From contig JAKMXF010000310.1 of the NCBI GenBank assembly GCA_024704765.1, positions 1 through 64,000 of the forward strand: DNA of 64,000 nt, written 5' to 3'. The stretch comes from Oopsacas minuta. Taxonomy: Eukaryota; Animalia; Porifera. Positions 61,901 through 64,000 of this stretch are shown in pieces (the stretch's first letter is position 1; each line of letters begins with the position of its first letter). The translations under genes were made by a program, and so were the position numbers. The notes beneath the pieces were generated by a model that made no database searches, was not told the origin of the DNA, and saw only the letters and a list, made by a program, of their open reading frames with translations.

Positions 61901-63989
61901 TCCTCGACGTCATTAATGTTACATTTATTCTTGAAGAGGTCGAACAGGAAAGAGGGGCTAGAAGCACTCCTACTGAGCAGATATGAAAATGTGAAAATAA
62001 TCGCGAATACTATACTGAACATTAAGTTAAGCCGGGTATCAGGCTGAATAGCCATTATATGGAAGGCGAATATACTAACAGCTGAGAAGAACACAGCTGT
62101 TACTATACTACGTAGCAGAGCATACGCACCTGCTATAAGAGATACAACAGCTGTACCACCGAACACATACATGTCTATCTTCTCAGAGAAATATATCAGG
62201 AAAGTATCAACCTGAGGCAGTAGGCCCCATACAGCAGCAGCAGGTAGACACAGGAGAGATACCAGGAGAGAATCTCTAATGAATAGAGTAAGAGAAGGAT
62301 TTAGCCAATTGAATCCATATACAATTAGAGTACTGTTTGTTTGTACCGTTAGAATAGCATTGACTATTAGAGCTACAACTGAGAGAGATGAGAAATAGAA
62401 TGCTTTAGCCATTGCTAAATACTTGTTATATCCGTGTACTGATGAGGCTGGGTCTGGTACTATAGTACGTAGCAGAGAGAACTGACAAGACGCCATTATA
62501 ACACAGAACCATACTACAAACACATGATGGTAGTAATCTATTCTGAGTACAGCTATACCAGTAGCAGATACTGCTACTGAGAGGATTATATAGTATAGCA
62601 CGAATATGAGAGATTGATCTCTGTCGAAGTATTTCTCAAGCTGGGTACGTGTTAACCGCATAGGAATGTATAGTCTAGGTAGAATATAGAATCTGTTTAA
62701 ATCAGCTCGGTTACTAGCTAGTCTCCTACGAGCAGCTGGAGGTCCGCTAATCTCTATCTCTGAGGTTTCTATTCGTCTAGCAGGACTAGCTGAGGAGCTG
62801 TCATGTACAGGCTCCCAGCGCATAGAGGAAGAGCTGGAGTTGGTACTCGTGTCATCACGAGTCCTGTAACTACTAGAACGGGTTGGTCTCCTAGGAACAC
62901 GGGGTGGTACTACGTCTACAATGATCCTCTTCTCAGATATCTGTCCCGGTTGATTCCCAAACTTGTAAGCAACAAGTATACTATCAACTACATCTCTGTA
63001 GAAGTGTGTAGCTCCAGGAGTTGCGTCGTCCTGGTTTACTGCGACATGACCACCTTCCTGAAATGAGAAATCTATGAATTTAGCCATCTCCTCGTGTGAC
63101 ATGTGGTTAAGTAGGTCTCTACCTCCATCCTCTAAGTTACTAGCACCTTCACATATTGACACAGCTTGCTCTATTTCAGGAGTTGTAAGTTCAAAATCTA
63201 ACAGAGAGTTTGAAATCTCTGCACCTCCCTCTGTGCTATGCGGCTTTTCACGGATGTGAACTCTTAAGGGGTCTTCTAGATCTTTAGCTAATCCTATTGT
63301 ATCTAAACAGAAATAAAATATTTATCATAAAATTCCTTTGTAATGAACTGGTAACTATAGAATATTCTCCTTGCATTTGTAACTATAAAATATTCTCAGA
63401 GCATTTCCTTTTGACTTAAGTTTGCTTAATTAGTAAAGAACTAAAAACTGTGGAATACACAAGATCTATAAGCGACCCTATAGGTGTAACTAAGGAAATT
63501 TTGGGTGGGCACATGCCCACCTTGGAATTCAAATGCCAAGCCAGATTTGACTCCACCGTAATACAAAGAGTATAGGGCGGGTGAACATGACGTCATCTTT
63601 GCCCACCCTAACACATGAGCCTAGTTGTGTCAATGAGCGACCAGGGTCACGGAGTGACCCTGACTGTAATGTGAGTGAGAAAAATCCAATAAATTGACTT
63701 GGGCTAATTGGCGGAGGCTGTATAATATACAAACAAACCATTAGCAGTATCGTGAAGTAGAGACTCAATATTATCTTTTATCTTAGATAAATCAACTGTA
63801 AAAGAACTCTGATCCAACTGCATCTCACTGAATGTATTGAGTGATTTCGTAGTAGGCATAGAAGCGCTGGGTACATGCATCTCTTCTTGTGACCCACTGT
63901 CTGTTAGTTCCCGCTGAGACTGAGACCGGGAGATCTTTTCTCTGAAGGGAGGAGGCATTTTGTAAGGAGACTCTGTAGCCATGAGCATT
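58987..63989 (-). CDS. PCNX: Pecanex-family multipass ER membrane protein; 5'-incomplete in this window (exons 63989-63739 and 63302-58987)
   Basis: WFCVIMASCQFSLLRTIVPDPASSVHGYN, HYVIPQLRKKHPW, LFLLSYVRPVKFWEKSY, QLRGCELKGTYCHNMEV and the Pecanex_C region DIVIAHEGDPQW...NQEVIRGLWASQQQEQVY...QPIGYPIYVSPL. The phase-1 junction G|AT is in frame. An acceptor TTTCAG at 63990 implies further exons beyond the window. Confidence 0.93.
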
Positions 63990-64000
63990 CTGAAAGGATT

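Noticed and set aside
58779-63162. Possible pecanex-HEATR4 read-through or fusion
   Set aside because: Pecanex ends with a normal TAA after a conserved C-terminus, and the 207-nt spacer is AT-rich with stops. No sequence support for a fusion.

Overview
AT-rich, gene-dense eukaryotic (animal) DNA with GT-AG introns and no prokaryotic features. The compact layout, several intronless or intron-poor housekeeping genes, a nested gene and an Lsi2-type silicon transporter suggest a glass sponge (Hexactinellida); this is inference only. I reconstructed 11 protein-coding genes by hand from the ORF track plus splice-phase checks: Lsi2/ArsB-family transporter (+), ORC3 (+), PRRC2/BAT2 (-), Roquin (-), ARMC1 (-), DCTN5 (-), two tandem PTTG1IP-like genes (-), a SEPT3/9-group septin (-), SLC25A42 (+, nested in a septin intron) and HEATR4 (-). 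A 12th, pecanex (-), runs off the right edge. The window also holds one tRNA-Gly(GCC), a full-length but dead Buster-type hAT transposon with a perfect TSD, and many MITEs. Best novelty candidates: (1) a septin fused in frame to an N-terminal calmodulin-like EF-hand pair, (2) a PTTG1IP pair identical over 379 bp but divergent in the cytoplasmic tail, (3) a Roquin that appears to lack its CCCH finger, (4) the Lsi2-like putative silicon exporter, and (5) acceptor-like TAGs just upstream of many start codons in a tightly packed co-oriented gene run, which may indicate SL trans-splicing. All homology calls come from recalled motifs, not from database searches.
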